64,000 nt of DNA from Squalus acanthias (taxonomy: Eukaryota): the NCBI GenBank assembly GCA_030390025.1, contig CM059432.1, positions 122,638,001 through 122,702,000 on the forward strand. The letters are read 5' to 3'. The notes beneath the pieces were generated by a model. The model had not been told where the DNA came from, did no database searches, and saw only the letters and a list, made by a program, of their open reading frames with translations. Each line of letters begins with the position of its first letter. Positions within the stretch are counted from its first letter, which is position 1. A program made the translations under genes and the position numbers. This document shows positions 26,901 to 42,176 of the stretch, piece after piece.

Positions 26901-29900
26901 TATTGATTTCTCCCTATTACTGATCTCTCCCTGTTACTGATCTTTCTCTGTTACTGATCTCTCCCTGTTACTGATCTCTCTCTGTTACTGATCTTTCTCT
27001 GTTACTGATCTCTCCCTGTTACTGATCTTCTCTGTTACTGATCTCTCCCTGTTACTGATCTCTCTCTGTTACTGATCTCTCCCTGTTACTGATCTCTCTC
27101 TGTTACTGATCTCTCCCTGTTACTGATCTCTCTCTGTTACTGATCTCTCCCTGTTACTGATCTCTCCCTGTTACTGATCTCTCCCTGTTACTGATCTCTC
27201 CCTGTTACTGATCTCTCTCTGTTACTGATCTCTCTCTGTTACTGATCTCTCCCTGTTACTGATCTCTCTCTGTTACTGATCTTCTCTGTTACTGATCTCT
27301 CCCTGTTACTGATCTCTCTCTGTTACTGATCTCTCCCTATTACTGATCTCTCCCTATTACTGATCTCTCCCTGTTACTGATCTCTCTCTGTTACTGATCT
27401 CTCCCTGTTACTGATCTCTCCTATTACTGATCTCTCTCTGTTACTGATCTCTCTCTGTTACTGATCTCCCTGTTACTGATCTCTCCCTGTTACTGATCTC
27501 TCTCTGTTACTGATCTCTCTCTGTTACTGATCTCTCCTGTTACTGATCTCTCCCTGTTACTGATCTCTCCCTGTTACTGATCTCTCCCTGTTACTGATCT
27601 CTCCCTCTGTTACTGATCTCTCCTGTTACTGATCTCTCCCTGTTACTGATCTCTCCCTGTTACTGATCTCTCCCTGTTACTGATCTCTCCCTGTTACTGA
27701 TCTCTCCCTGTTACTGATCTCTCCTGTTACTGATCTCTCCCTGTTACTGATCTCTCCTGTTACTGATCTCTCCCTGTTACTGATCTCTCCCTGTTACTGC
27801 TCTCTCCTGTTACTGATCTCTCCCTGTTACTGATCTCTCCTGTTACTGATCTCTCCTGTTACTGATCTCTCTCTGTTACTGATCTCTCCCTGTTACTGAT
27901 CTCTCTCTGTTACTGATCTCTCCCTGTTACTGATCTCTCCCTGTTACTGATCTCTCCGTGTTACTGATCTCTCCCTGTTACTGATCTCTCCCAGTACTGA
28001 TCTCTCCTGTTACTGCTCTCTCCCTGTTACTGATCTCTCCCTGTTACTGATCTCTCCCTGTTACTGATCTCTCCCAGTACTGATCTCTCCCGTTTACTGA
28101 TCTCTCCTGTTACTGATCTCTCCCTGTTACTGATCTCTCCTGTTACTGATCTCTCCCTGTTACTGATCTCTCCCTATAACTGATCTATCTCAGTTATGAT
28201 CTCTCCCTAATACTGATCTCTCCCTGGTACTGATCTTTCTCTGTTATGGATCTCTCTCTCTTACTGATCTTTCTCTGTTACTGATCTCTTCCTGTTTCTG
28301 ATCTCTCCCAGGAATTGATCACTCTCTGCTACTGATCTCTCCATGTTACTGATCTCTCTCTATTATGATCTCTCCCTGTTACTGATCTCTCTCTGTTACT
28401 GATCTCTCCCAGGAATTGATCACTCTCTGTTACTGATCTCTCCCTGTCACTGATCTCTCTCTATTATGATCTCTCCCTGTTACTGATCTCTCCTTGTAAC
28501 TGATCTCTCCCTGTTACTGATTTCTCCCTATTACTGATCTTTCCCTATTACTGATCTCTCTCTGTTACTGATCTCATTCTGTTACTGATCTCTCCCTGTT
28601 ACTGATCTCTCTCTGTTACTGATCTCTCCCTATTACTGATCTCTCTCTGTTACTCATCTCTCTCTGTTACTGATCTTTCCCTATTACTGATCTCTCTCTG
28701 TTACTGATCTCTCCCTGTTACTGATATCTCTCTGTTACTGATCTCTCCCTGTTACTGATCTTTCTCTGTTACTGATCTTTCCCTATTACTGATCTCTCTC
28801 TGTTACTGATCTCTCTCTGTTACTGACCTCTCTCTGTTACTGATCTCTCTCTATTATGATCTCTCCCTGTTACTGATCTTTCTCTGTTACTGATCTCTCC
28901 CTGTTACTGATCTCTCTCTGTTACTGATCTCTCCCTGTTACTGATCTTTCCCTATTACTGATCTCTCTCAGTTACTGATCTCTTCCTGTTACTGATCTCT
29001 CTCTGTTACTGATCTCTCCCTGTTACTGATCTCTCGCTGTTACTGATCTCTCTGTTACTGATCTCTCCCTATTACTGATCTCTCTCTGTTATGATCTCTC
29101 CCTGTTACTGATCTCTCCCTATTCTGATCTCTCTCTGTTACTGATCTCTCCCTATAACTGATCTCTCTCTGTTACTGATCTCTCCCTATTACTGATCTCT
29201 CTCTGTTACTGATCTCACTCTCTGTTACTGATCTCTCTCTGTTACTGATCTCTCCCTGTTACTGATCTATCTCTGTTAGATCTCACCTTGTTACTGATCT
29301 CTCCCTGTTAATGTTATCTCACTCTTTTACGGATCTGTCTCTGTTACTGATCTCTCTCTCTGTTATTGATTTTTCTCAGTTTCTGATCCCTATCTGCTAC
29401 TGATCTCTCTCTGTTACTGATCTCTCCCTTTTTCTGATTTCTCTTTGTTACTGATCTGTCACAATTATAGATCTCTCTCTTTTTCTAATCTCTCCCAAAT
29501 ACTGATCTCTCTCTTTTACTGAACTCTCCCTATGACTGATCACTCTCTGTTACTGATCTCTCTCTCTCTTTCTGTTACTTATCTATCCCTATTACTGAGC
29601 TCTTTTCTTGTTACTAATCTTTCTCTGTTATGGATATCACCTTGTTACTGATCTCTCCCTGTTACTGATCTCTCTGATCTCTCCCTGTTACGTCCTCTCC
29701 TCTGTTACTGATCTGTCTCTGTTACTGAATCTCACCCTGTTGCTGATCTCTCCCTGTTACTGATATTTCCCCTGTTACTGATATGATCTCCAGTTAGTTA
29801 TCTATCTCAGTTAATGATCTCTCTCTGTTACTGATCTCTCCCTGTTACTGATCTTTCTCTGTTACTGATCTCTCCCTGTTACTGATCTCTCTCTGTTACT

Positions 29901-32900
29901 GATCTTTCTCTGTTACTGATCTCTCCTGTTACTGATCTTTCTCTGTTACTGATCTCTCCCTGTTACTGATCTTCTCTCTGTTACTGATCTCTCCTGTTAC
30001 TGATCTTTCTCTGTTACTGATCTTCCTGTTACTGATCTCTCTCTTTACAGATCTCTCCCTGTTACTGATCTCTCCCTTTTACTGATCTCTCCCTTTTACT
30101 GATCTCTCCTGTTACTGATCTCTCTCTGTTACTGATCTTTCTCTGTTACTGATCTCTCCCTGTTACTGATCTCTCTCTGTTACTGATCTTTCCACTGTTA
30201 CTGATCTCTCCTGTTACTGATCTCTCTCTGTTACTGATTTCACCCTATTACTGATCTCTCCCTATTACTGATCTCTCCCTGTTACTGATCTCTCTCTGTT
30301 ACTGATCTTTCTCTGTTACTGATCTCTCCCTGTTACTGATCTCTCTCTGTTACTGATCTTTCTCTGTTACTGATCTCTCCCTGTTACTGATCTCTCTCTG
30401 TTACTGATTTCTCCCTATTACTGATCTCTCCCTATTACTGATCTCTCCCTGTTACTGATCTCTCCCTGTTACTGATCTCTCTCTTACTGATCTTCTCTGT
30501 TACTGATCTCTCCCTGTTACTGATCTCTCTCTGTTACTGATCTCTCCCTGTTACTGATCTCTCTCTGTTACTGATCTCTCTCTGTTACTGATCTCTCCCT
30601 ATTACTGATCTCTCCCTGTTACTGATCTCTCTCTGTTACTGATCTCTCCCTGTTACTGATCTCTCCCTGTTACTGATCTCTCTCTGTTACTGATCTCTCT
30701 CTGTTACTGATCTCTCCCTGTTACTGATCTCTCTCTGTTACTGATCTCTCCCTGTTACTGATCTCTCTCTGTTACTGATCTCTCTCTGTTACTGAGTCTC
30801 TCCCTGTTACTGATCTCTCCTGTTTCCTGATCTCTCCTGTTACTGATCTCTCCTGTTACTGATCTCTCTCTGTTACTGATCTCTCCTGTTACTGATCTTC
30901 TCTTTACTGATCTCTCCCTGTTACTGATCTCTCCCTATTACTGATCTCTCTCTGTTACTGATCTCTCCCTGTTACTGATCTCTCCTATTACTGATCTCTC
31001 TCCTGTTACTGACTCTTCCTGTTTCTGATCTCTCCCTGTTACTGATCTCGTCCCTGTTACTGATCTCTCCTGTTACTGATCTCTCTCTGTTACTGATCTC
31101 TCCCTGTTACTGATCTCTCTCTGTTACTGATCTCTCCCTGTTCTGATCTCTCCTGTACTGATCTCTCCCTGTTACTGATCTCTTCCCTGTTACTGATCTC
31201 TCCTTTTACTGATGCTTCCTAGTACTGATCTCTCCGTTTCCTGATCTCTCTCAGGTACTGATCTCTCCCGTTTACTGATCTCTCTCTGTTTCTGATCTCT
31301 CTCTGTTACTGATCTCTCCCTGTTACTGATCTCTCCCTGTTACTGATCTCTCTCTGTTACTGTCTCTCCTGTTACTGATTCTCTCTCTGTTACTGATCTT
31401 CTCTGTTACTGATCTCTCCTGTTACTGATCTCTCTCTGTTACTGATCTCTCTGTTACTGATCTCTCCTTTACTGATCTCTCCTCTTACTGCTCTCTCTCT
31501 GTTACTGATCTCTCCCTGTTACTGATCTCTCCCTGTTACTGATCTCTCCCTGTTACTGATCTCTCTGTTCTGATCTCTCCCTGTTACTGATCTTTCCCTA
31601 TTACTGATCTCTCTCTGTTACTGATCTCTCTCTGTTCTGATCTCTCCCTGTTACTGATTCTCGCTGTTACTGATCTCTCTGTTACTGATCTCTCCCTTTT
31701 ACTGATCTCCTCCTCCTGTTACTGATCTCTCCCTGTTACTGATCTCTCCCTTTTACTGATCTCTCCCTGTTACTGATCTCTCCCTGTTACTGATCTCTCT
31801 CTGTTACTGATCTCTCCCTGTTTCTGATCTCTCTCTGTTACTGATCTCTCCATGTTACTGATCTCTCCTGTTACTGATCTCTCCTGTTACTGATCTCTCC
31901 CTGTTACTGATCTCTCCCTGTTACTGATCTCTCGCTGTTACTGATCTCTCCTGTTACTGATCTCTCCTGTTACTGATCTCTCTCTGTATGATCTCTCCCT
32001 GTTACTGATCTCTCCTCTGTTACTGATCTCTCCCTGTTACTGATCTCTCCCTGTTACTGATCTCTCTCTGTTACTGATCTCTCACCTGTACTAGATCTCT
32101 CCTGTTACTGATCTCTCCCTTTTACTGATCTCTCCCTGTTACTGATCTCTCCCTGTTACTGAACTCTCTGTTACTGATCTCCTCCTGTTACTGATCTCTC
32201 ACTATTACTGATCTCTCCTGTTGCTGATCTCTCCTGTTACTGATCTCTCTGTTACTGATCTCTCTCCTGTTACTGATCTCTCCTGTTACTGATCTCTCCC
32301 TGTTACTGATCTTCTCTGTTACTGATCTCTCCCTGTTACTGATCTCTCCTCTATTACTGATCTCTCTGTTACTGATCTCTCCCTATGTTACTGATCTCTC
32401 CCTGTTACTGATCTCTCCCTGTTACTGATCTCTCCCTGTTACTGATCTTCCCTGTTACTGATCTCTCCCTGTTACTGATCTCTCTCTGTTACTGATCTCT
32501 CTCTATTATGATCTCTCCCTGTTACTGATCTTTCTCTGTTACTGATCTCTCCCTGTTACTGATCTCTCTCTGTTACTGATCTCTCCCTGTTACTGATCTC
32601 TCGCTGTTACTGATCTCTTTGTTACTGATCTCTCCCTATTACTGATCTCTCTCTGTTATGATCTCTCCCTGTTACTGATCTCTCCCTATTCTGATCTCTC
32701 TCTGTTACTGATCTCTCCCTATAACTGATCTCTCTCTGTTACTGATCTCTCCCTATTACTGATCTCTCTCTGTTACTGATCTCACTCTCTGTTACTGATC
32801 TCTCTCTGTTACTGATCTCTCCCTGTTACTGATCTCTCCCTATTGCTGATCTGTCTCTGTTACTGATCTCTCTCTCTGTTATTGATTTTTCTCAGTTTCT

Positions 32901-35900
32901 GATCCCTCTCTGCTACTGATCTCTCTCTGTTACTGATCTCTCCCTTTTTCTGATTTCTCTTTGTTACTGATCTGTCACAATTATAGATCTCTCTCTTTTT
33001 CTGAATCTCTCCCTGTTACTGATCTCTCTCTGTTACTGATCTCTCCCTATTACTGATCACTCTCTGTTACTGATCTCTCTCTCTGTTACTGATCTCTCCC
33101 TATTACTGATCTCTCCTTTACTGATCTCTCCTGTTACTGATCTTTCTCTGTTATGATATCACTCTGTTACTGATCTCTCCCTGTTACTGATCTCTCCCTG
33201 TTACTGATCTGTCTCAGTTACTTATCTCTCTCAGTTACTGATCTCTCTCTGTTACTGATCTCTCCCTGTTACTGATCTCTCCCTGTTACTGATCTCTCTC
33301 TGTTACTGATCTCTCCTGTTACTGATCTCTCTCTTTTACTGATCTCTCTCTGTTACTGATCTCTCCCTGTTACTGAATCTCTCCCTGTTACTGATCTCTC
33401 CCTATTACTATCTCTCTCTGTTACTGATCTCTCCTGTACTGATCTCTCTCCTGTTACTGATCTCTCTCTGTTACTGATCTCTCTCTGTTACTGATCTCTC
33501 CTGTTACTGATCTCTCCTGTTACTGATCTCTCCCTGTTACTGATCTCTCTCTGTTACTGATCTCTCCCTGTTACTGATCTCTCTCTGTTACTGATCTCTC
33601 CCTGTTACTGATCTCTCTCTATTACTGATCTCTCCCTGTTACTGATCTCTCCCTGTTACTGATCTCTCCCTGTTACTGATCTCTCCCTGTTACTGATCTC
33701 TCCTGTTACTGATCTCTCCCTGTTACTGATCTCTCCTAGTACTGATCTCTCCTGTTACTGATCTCTCTCTGTTACTGATCTCTCTCTGTTACTGATCTCT
33801 CTCTGTTACTGATCTCTCCCTGTTACTGATCTCTCTCTGTTACTGATCTCTCCCTGTTACTGATCTCTCTCTGTTACTGATCTCTCCCTGTTACTGATCT
33901 CTCCCTGTTACTGATCTCTCTCTGTTACTGATCTCTCCTGTTACTGATCTCTCTCTGTTACTGATCTCTCCCTGTTACTGATCTCTCCCTGTTACTGATC
34001 TCTCTGTTACTGATCTCTCCCTGTTACTGATCTCTCTCTGTTACTGATCTCTCCCTGTTACTGATCTCTCTCTTTTACTGATCTCTCCTGTTACTGATCT
34101 CTCCCTATACTGATCTCTCCCTATTACTGATCTCTCCCTGTTACTGATCTCTCTCTATTACTGATCTCTCCCTGTTACTGATCTCTCTCTGTTACTGATC
34201 TCTCCCTGTTACTGATCTCTCCTGTTACTGATCTCTCTCTTTCTGATCTCTCTGTTACTGATCTCTCCCTGTTACTGATCTCTCTCTGTTACTGATCTCT
34301 CCCTGTTACTGATCTCTCCCTGTTACTGATCTCTCCCTGTTACTGATCTCTCCTGTTACTGATCTCTCTCTATTATGATCTCTCCCTGTTACTGATCTTT
34401 CTCTGTTACTGATCTCTCCCTGTTACTGATCTCTCTCTGTTACTGATCTCTCCCTGTTACTGATCTCTCGCTGTTACTGATCTCTCTGTTACTGATCTCT
34501 CCCTATTACTGATCTCTCTCTGTTATGATCTCTCCCTGTTACTGATCTCTCCCTATTACTGATCTCTCCCTGTTACTGATCTCTCTCTGTAACTGATCTC
34601 TCTCTGTTACTGATCTCTCCCTGTTACTGATCTCTCCCTGTTACTGATCTTTGCCTGTTACTGATCTCTCCCTGTTACTGATCTCTCTCTGTTACTGATC
34701 TCTCCCTTTTACTGATCTCTCCTGTTACTGATCTCTCCCTGTTACTGATCTCTCCCTGTTACTGATCTCTCTCTCTTACTGATCTCTCTCTGTTACTGAT
34801 CTCTCCCTGTTACTGATCTCTCCTGTTACTGATCTCTCCCTGTTACTGATCTCTCTCTGTTACTGATCTCTCCCTGTTTCTGATCTCTCCCTGTAACTGA
34901 TCTCTCCTGTTACTGATCTCTCCCTGTTTCTGATCTCTCCCTGTTTCTGATCTCTCCCTGTTTCTGATCTCTCTCTGTTACTGATCTCTCCCTGTTACTG
35001 ATCTCTCTCTGTTACTGATCTCTCCCTGTTTCTGATCTCTCCCTGTTTCTGATCTCTCCCTGTTACTGATCTCTCCCTGTTACTGATCTGTCTCAGTTAG
35101 TTATCTCTCTCAGTTAATGATCTCTCTCTGTTACTGATCTCTCCCTGTTACTGATCTCTCCCTGTTACTGATCTCTCTCTGTTACTGATCTCTCCCTATT
35201 ACTGATCTCTCCCTGTTACTGATCTCTCCCTATTTCTGATCTCTCTCTGTTACTGATCTGTCACAATTATAGATCCCTCCCTGTTACTGATCTCTCCCTA
35301 TTACTGATCTCTCCTTGTTACTGATCTCTCCCTATTACTGATCTCTCCCTGTTACTGATCTCTCTCTGTTACTGATCTCTCCCTGTTACTGATCTCTCCC
35401 TATTACTGATCTCTCTCTGTTACTGATCTCTCTCTGTTATTGATTTCTCCCTATTACTGATCTCTCCCTGGTACTGATCTCTCTCTGTTACTGATCTCTC
35501 TCTGTTACTGATTTCTCCCTATTACTGATCTCTCCCTGTTACTGATCTCTCCCTGTTACTGATCTCTCTCACTTAGTGATCTTTCTCTGTTACTGATCTC
35601 TCCCTGTTACTGATCTCTCTCTGTTACTGATCTCTCCCTGCTACTGATCTATCTCTGTTACTGATCTCTCTCTCTCACTGATCTTTCTCTGTTACTGATC
35701 TCTCCCTGTTACTGATCTCTCCCTGTTACTGATCTCTCCCTGTTACTGATCTCTCCCTGTTACTGATCTCTCCCTCTAACTGATCTCTCTCTGTTACTAA
35801 TCTTCCCTATTTCTGATCTCTCTCTGCTACTGATCTGATACAATTATCGATCTCTCTCTGTTACTGATCTCTCTCCCTGTTACTGATCTGTCTCTGTTAT

Positions 35901-38900
35901 TGATGTGTCTCAGTTAATGATTGCTTTCTGTTACTGATCCCTCTCTGTTACTGATCTCTCTCTGTTACTGATCTCTCCCTGTTAGTGATCTCTCCCTGTT
36001 TCTGATCTCTTTCCCTTTTACTGATCTTTCTCTGTTATGCATCTCTCTCTCTTACTGATCGCTCCGTGTTACTGATCTCTCTCCCTCTTACTGATCTTTC
36101 TCTGTTACTGATCTCTCCCTGTTACTGATCTCTCTTGTACTGACTCTTCCCTGTTACTGATCTCTCTCTGTTACTGATCTCTCTGTTACTGATCTCTCCC
36201 TGTTACTGATCTCTCTCTGTTACTGATCTCTCCCTGTTACTGATCTCTCCCTGTTACTGATCTCTCCCTACTCGATCTCTCCCTGATACGATCTCTCCCT
36301 GTACTGATCTCTCTCTGTTACTGATCTCTCCCAGTTACTGATCTCTCCTGTTGACTGACTCTCTCTGTTACTGATCTCTCCCTGTTACTGATCTCTCCTC
36401 GTTACTGATCTCTCCCTGTTACTGATCTCTCCTGTTACTGATCTCTCCCTTTACTGATCTCTCCTGTTACTGATCTCTCCTATTACTGATCTCTCCTGTT
36501 ACTGATCTTCTTTACTGACTCTCTCTTTACTGATCTCTCCCTGTTACTGATCTTCTCTGTTACTGATCTCTCCCTATTACTGATCTCTCTCTGTTACTGA
36601 TCTCTCTCTCTCTCTGTTACTGATCTCTCCTGTTACTGATCTCTCTCTGTTACTGATCTCTCCCTGTTATGATCTCTCCCTGTTACTGATCTCTCCCTGT
36701 TACTGATCTCTCCCTGTTACTGATCTCTCCCTGTTACTGATCTCTCTCTGTTACTGATCTCTCTATTACTGATCTCTCCCTGTTACTGATCTTCTCTGTT
36801 ACTGATCTCTCCCTGTTACTGATCTCTCTCTGTTACTGATCTCTCCCTGTTACTGATCTCTCTCTGTTACTGATCTCTCCTGTTACTGATCTCTCCCTAT
36901 TACTGATCTCTCTCTGTTACTGATCTCTCCCTGTTACTGATCTCTCCCTATTACTGATCTCTCTCTGTTACTGATCTCTCCCTATAACTGATCTCTCTCT
37001 GTTACTGATCTCTCCCTGTTACTGATCTCTCTCTGTTACTGATCTCTCTCTGTTACTGATCTCTCTCTGTTACTGATCTCTCCCTGTTACTGATCTCTCT
37101 CTGTTATGATCTCTCCCTGTTACTGATCTCTCCCTGTTACTTGCTCTCTCTGTTACTGGATCTCTCTCTGTTACTGAACTCTCTGTTACTGATCTCTCCC
37201 TCTGTTACTGATCTCTTCTCTGTTACTGATCTCTCCCATGTACTGATCTCTCCTGTTACTGATCTCTCCTGTTACTGATCTCTCTCTTTACTGATCTGCT
37301 CCCTGTTACTGATCTCTCTCTATTACTGATCTCTCTCTGTTACTGATCTCTCCCTGTTACTGATCTCTCCCTGTTACTGATCTCTCTCTGTTACTGATCT
37401 CTCTCTGTCACTGATCTCTCTCTGTTACTGATCTCTCCCTGTTACTGATCTCTCCCTGTTACTGATCTCTCTCTGTACTGATTCTCTCCCTGTTACTGAT
37501 CTCTCTCTCTGTTACTGATCTCTCCTTTACTGATCTCTCCCTGTTACTGATCTCTCCCTGTTACTGATCTCTCTCTGTCTCTCTCTGTTACTGATCTCTC
37601 CCTGTTACTGATCTCTCCCTGTTACTGATCTCTCCCTATTACTGATCTCTCTCTGTTACTGATCTCTCCCTCTGTTACTGATCTCTCTGTTACTGATCTC
37701 TCTCTATCTGTTACTGATCTCTCCCTGTTATTGATCTCTCCCTGTTACTGATCTCTCCCTGTTACTGATCTCTCCCTGTTACTGATCTCTCCCTGTTACT
37801 GATCTCTCTCTGTTACTGATCTCTCTCTGTTACTGATCTCTCCCTGTTACTGATCTTCTCTGTTACTGATCTCTCCCTGTTACTGATCTCTCTCTGTTAC
37901 TGATCTCTCCCTGTTACTGATCTCTCGCTGTTACTGATCTCTCTCTGTTACTGATCTCTCCCTGTTACTGATCTCTCTCTGTTACTGATCTCTCCCTGTT
38001 ACTGATCTCTCCTATTACTGATCTCTCTCTGTTACTGATCTCTCCCTATTACTGATCTCTCTCTGTTACTGATCTCTCCCTATTACTGATCTCTCTCTGT
38101 TACTGATCTCACTCTCTGTTACTGATCTCTCTCTGTTACTGATCTCTCCCTGTTACTGATCTATCTCTGTTAGATCTCACCTTGTTACTGATCTCTCCCT
38201 GTTAATGTTATCTCACTCTTTTACGGATCTGTCTCTGTTACTGATCTCTCTCTCTGTTATTGATTTTTCTCAGTTTCTGATCCCTCTCTGCTACTGATCT
38301 CTCTCTGTTACTGATCTCTCCCTTTTTCTGATTTCTCTTTGTTACTGATCTGTCACAATTATAGATCTCTCTCTTTTTCTAATCTCTCCCTAATACTGAT
38401 CTCTCTCTGTTACTGAACTCTCCCTATGACTGATCACTCTCTGTTACTGATCTCTCTCTCTCTTTCTGTTACTTATCTATCCCTATTACTGAGCTCTTTC
38501 CCTGTTACTAATCTTTCTCTGTTATGGATATCACCTTGTTACTGATCTCTCCCTGTTACTGATATCTCTCCCTGTTACTGATCTGTCTCAGTTAGTTATC
38601 TCTCTCAGTTAATGATCTCTCTCTGTTACTGATCTCTCCCTGTTACTGATCTCTCCCTGTTACTGATCTCTCTCTGTTACTGATTTCTCCCTATTACTGA
38701 TCTCTCCCTGTTACTGATCTCTCCCTATTTCTGATCTCTCTCTGTTACTGATCTGTCACAATTATTGATCCTCCCTGTTACTGATCTCTCCCTGTTACTG
38801 ATCTCTCCTTGTTACTGATCTCTCCCTATTACTGATCTCTCTCTGTTACTGATCTCTCTCTGTTACTGATTTCTCCCTATTACTGATCTCTCCCTGTTAC

Positions 38901-40777
38901 TGATCTCTCTCTGTTACTGATCTCTCTCTGTTACTGATTTCTCCCTGTTACTGATCTCTCCCTGTTACTGATCTCTCCCTGTTACTGATCTCTCTCTCTT
39001 ACTGATCTTTCTCTGTTACTGATCTCTCCCTGTTTCTGATCTCTCTCTGTTACTGATCTCTCCCTGTTACTGATCTCTCTCTGTTACTGATCTCTCTCTC
39101 TTACTGATCTTTCTCTGTTACTGATCTCTCCCTGTTACTGATCTCTCCCTGTTACTGATCTCTCCTGTTACTGATCTCTCCCTGTTACTGATCTCTCCCT
39201 GTTACTGATCTCTCTCTGTTACTGATCTCTCCCTGTTACTGATCTCTCCCTGTTACTGATCTCTCCCTGTTACTGATCTCTCCTGTTACTGATCTCTCCC
39301 TGTTACTGATCTCTCTCTGTTACTGATCTTCTCTGTTACTGATCTCTCCTGTTACTGATCTCTCTCTGTTACTGATCTCTCTCTGTTACTGATCTCTCCC
39401 TGTTACTGATCTCTCCCTGTTACTGATCTCTCCCTGTTACTGATCTCTCTCTGTTACTGATCTCTCTCTGTTACTGATCTCTCCTGTTACTGATCTCTCT
39501 CCTGTTACTGATCTCTCTCTGTTACTGATCTCTCCCTGTTACTGATCTCTCTCTGTTACTGATCTCTCCCTGTTACTGATCTCTCCTGTTACTGATCTCT
39601 CTCTGTTACTGATCTCTCCCTGTTACTGATCTTCTCTGTTACTGATCTCTCCCTGTTACTGATCTCTCTCTGTTACTGATCTCTCCCTGTTACTGATCTC
39701 TCTCTGTTACTGATCTCTCCTGTTACTGATCTCTCTCTGTTACTGATCTCTCTCTGTTACTGATCTCTCCTGTTACTGATCTCTCCTGTTACTGATCTCT
39801 CCCTGTTACTGATCTCTCCCTGTTACTGATCTCTCCCTGTTACTGATCTCTCTCTGTTACTGATCTCTCCCTGTTACTGATCTCTCCCTGTTACTGATCT
39901 CTCTCTGTTACTGATCTCTCTCTGTTACTGATCTCTCCCTGTTACTGATCTCTCCCTGTTACTGATCTCTCCTGTTACTGATCTCTCTCTGTTACTGATC
40001 TCTCCTGTTACTGATCTCTCCTTTACTGATCTCTCCCTGTTACTGATCTCTCTCTGTTACTGATCTCTCTCTATTACTGATCTCTCTCCTGTTACTGATC
40101 TCTCTCTGTTACTGATCTCTCTGTTACTGATCTCTCTCTCTGTTACTGATCTCTCCCTGTTACTGATCTCTCCCTGTTACTGATCTCTCCCTGTTACTGA
40201 TCTCTCCCTGTTACTGATCTCTCCCTGTTACTGATCTCTCACTGTTACTGATCTCTCTCTATTACTGATCTCTCCCTGTTACTGATCTTCTCTGTTACTG
40301 ATCTCTCCTGTTACTGATCTCTCTCTGTTACTGATCTCTCCCTGTTACTGATCTCTCGCTGTTACTGATCTCTCTGTTACTGATCTCTCCCTATTACTGA
40401 TCTCTCTCTGTTACTGATCTCTCCCTGTTACTGATCTCTCCCTGTTACTGATCTCTCTCTGTTACTGATCTCTCCCTATAACTGATCTCTCTCTGTTACT
40501 GATCTCTCCCTATTACTGATCTCTCTCTGTTACTGATCTCTCTCTGTTACTGATCACTCTCTGTTACTGTTCTCTCCCTGTTACTGATCTATCTCTGTTA
40601 GATCTCACCTTGTTATGATCTCTCCTGTTAATGTTATCTCACTCTTTTACGGATCTGTCTCTGTTACTGATCTCTCTCTCTGTTATTGATTTTTCCAGTT
40701 CTGATCCCTCTCTGCTACTGATCTCTCTCTGTTACTGATCTCTCCTTTTTCTGATTTCTCTTTGTTACTGATCTGTC

Positions 40778-41113
40778 NNNNNNNNNNNNNNNNNNNNNNN
40801 NNNNNNNNNNNNNNNNNNNNNNNNNNNNNNNNNNNNNNNNNNNNNNNNNNNNNNNNNNNNNNNNNNNNNNNNNNNNNNNNNNNNNNNNNNNNNNNNNNNN
40901 NNNNNNNNNNNNNNNNNNNNNNNNNNNNNNNNNNNNNNNNNNNNNNNNNNNNNNNNNNNNNNNNNNNNNNNNNNNNNNNNNNNNNNNNNNNNNNNNNNNN
41001 NNNNNNNNNNNNNNNNNNNNNNNNNNNNNNNNNNNNNNNNNNNNNNNNNNNNNNNNNNNNNNNNNNNNNNNNNNNNNNNNNNNNNNNNNNNNNNNNNNNN
41101 NNNNNNNNNNNNN
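40778..41113. other. Assembly gap (336 N)
   Basis: Run of N within the satellite. Confidence 1.
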
Positions 41114-41921
41114 CCTGTTACTGATCTCTCTGTTACTGATCTCTCTCTGTTGCTGATCTCTCTCTGTTACTGATCTCTCCCTGTTGCTGATCTCTCCCTG
41201 TTACTGATCTCTCCCTGTTACTGATCTCTCCCTGTTACTGATCTCTCTCTGTTACTGATCTCTCTCTCTCTCTGTTACTGATCGCTCTCTGTTACTGATC
41301 TCCCTCTGTAATACTGATCTTGATGTTCATGATCTATCTCTCTGTTACTGATCCCTCTCTTGCGGCAATTTTTACTTAGGCGGGAGTCGAGTGGGCAGGG
41401 GAACAGACAACTGGAAAACCATCCAACGTTGGCAGCCTGAGGCCTGGGGGATTTTAACTCTCCGACCTCATCTGCATCGCTTCAGTCAATTTTGCAGTCA
41501 AAATCCGTGAGAAATGGCAGATGGCCTGCGGGTAATGTCGGGCAGGGACCGAAGGAACGGTCATGGGGAGGGGGTTCAGGGTGTGGGGGGCCCTACATGA
41601 AAAGTCAAAAAAAGTTTATTAACCTACCTATTTCGGCCTCTTCTGGCCTCGACCCCTCCTTCCCCAGCGTGGACTGGCAGGAAAGTCACATTGGGCTCCA
41701 ATGACGTTTTCGGCCCCTGATCTGCATATTTAAAGAAGTACCCCGCTAGCTTCTCGCATGTGTCCCTCTTGTCTCCTCTGAAGAGCAGGTTTGGGATCAT
41801 TTTGGGATGTTGGCACGTGAGTCTCAAGGGCAATTTTAAGTGCCCGCCTTCCGTGTTTCAGCTGAGCAAGCAGTGTTAAAATTGTGTCTTCTGTCCCTGT
41901 TACTGTCTCTCTCTTGCTGCC

Positions 41922-41960
<39 letters not shown>

Positions 41961-42129
41961 TGTGCTCTCTGTTACGGATTTCTCTCTCTCCCTTCATGTT
42001 TTTTTTACTGAGGTCTCCCGCTCACTCTCTGCGGGTGATTTAAAATTTGTGGATTAGTGTAAAACGGGCGATATTGGGTCGCTCACCTGTTATACACTTC
42101 GCTCTATTTTCCTTTGTATTGTCTTTATT

Positions 42130-42176
42130 TGCCAACATTTATCCCTCAACCACCATCACTAAAACAGATAGCTCAT
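42130..42176 (+). mobile_element. Deu-domain SINE, left piece (split by the CR1)
   Basis: gccaacatttatccctcaaccaccatcactaaaacagata; the SINE continues at 60513 after the duplicated GCTCAT. Confidence 0.7.

Larger units (their letters stand above)
10505..41360. repeat. About 30-kb tandem satellite array, 18-bp monomer CTGTTACTGATCTCTC(C/T)C-type with 16-22 bp variants
   Basis: Directly visible. Interrupted by a CR1 (12754-14940) and an N gap. Confidence 0.98.

Noticed and set aside
29680..37700. Stretches of irregular 17-bp and scrambled monomers as a distinct satellite subfamily
   Set aside because: Scattered single-base indels near a gap look like long-read consensus error; this cannot be resolved without reads.
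40762..41124. 120-aa ORF
   Set aside because: Artefact of the N gap.
10505..41360. Satellite as a CRISPR array or a repetitive protein gene (EISNRE/RSVTGR ORFs at 15233 and 17039)
   Set aside because: There are no unique spacers or cas genes, the context is eukaryotic, and frequent 16/17/20-bp units break any frame.
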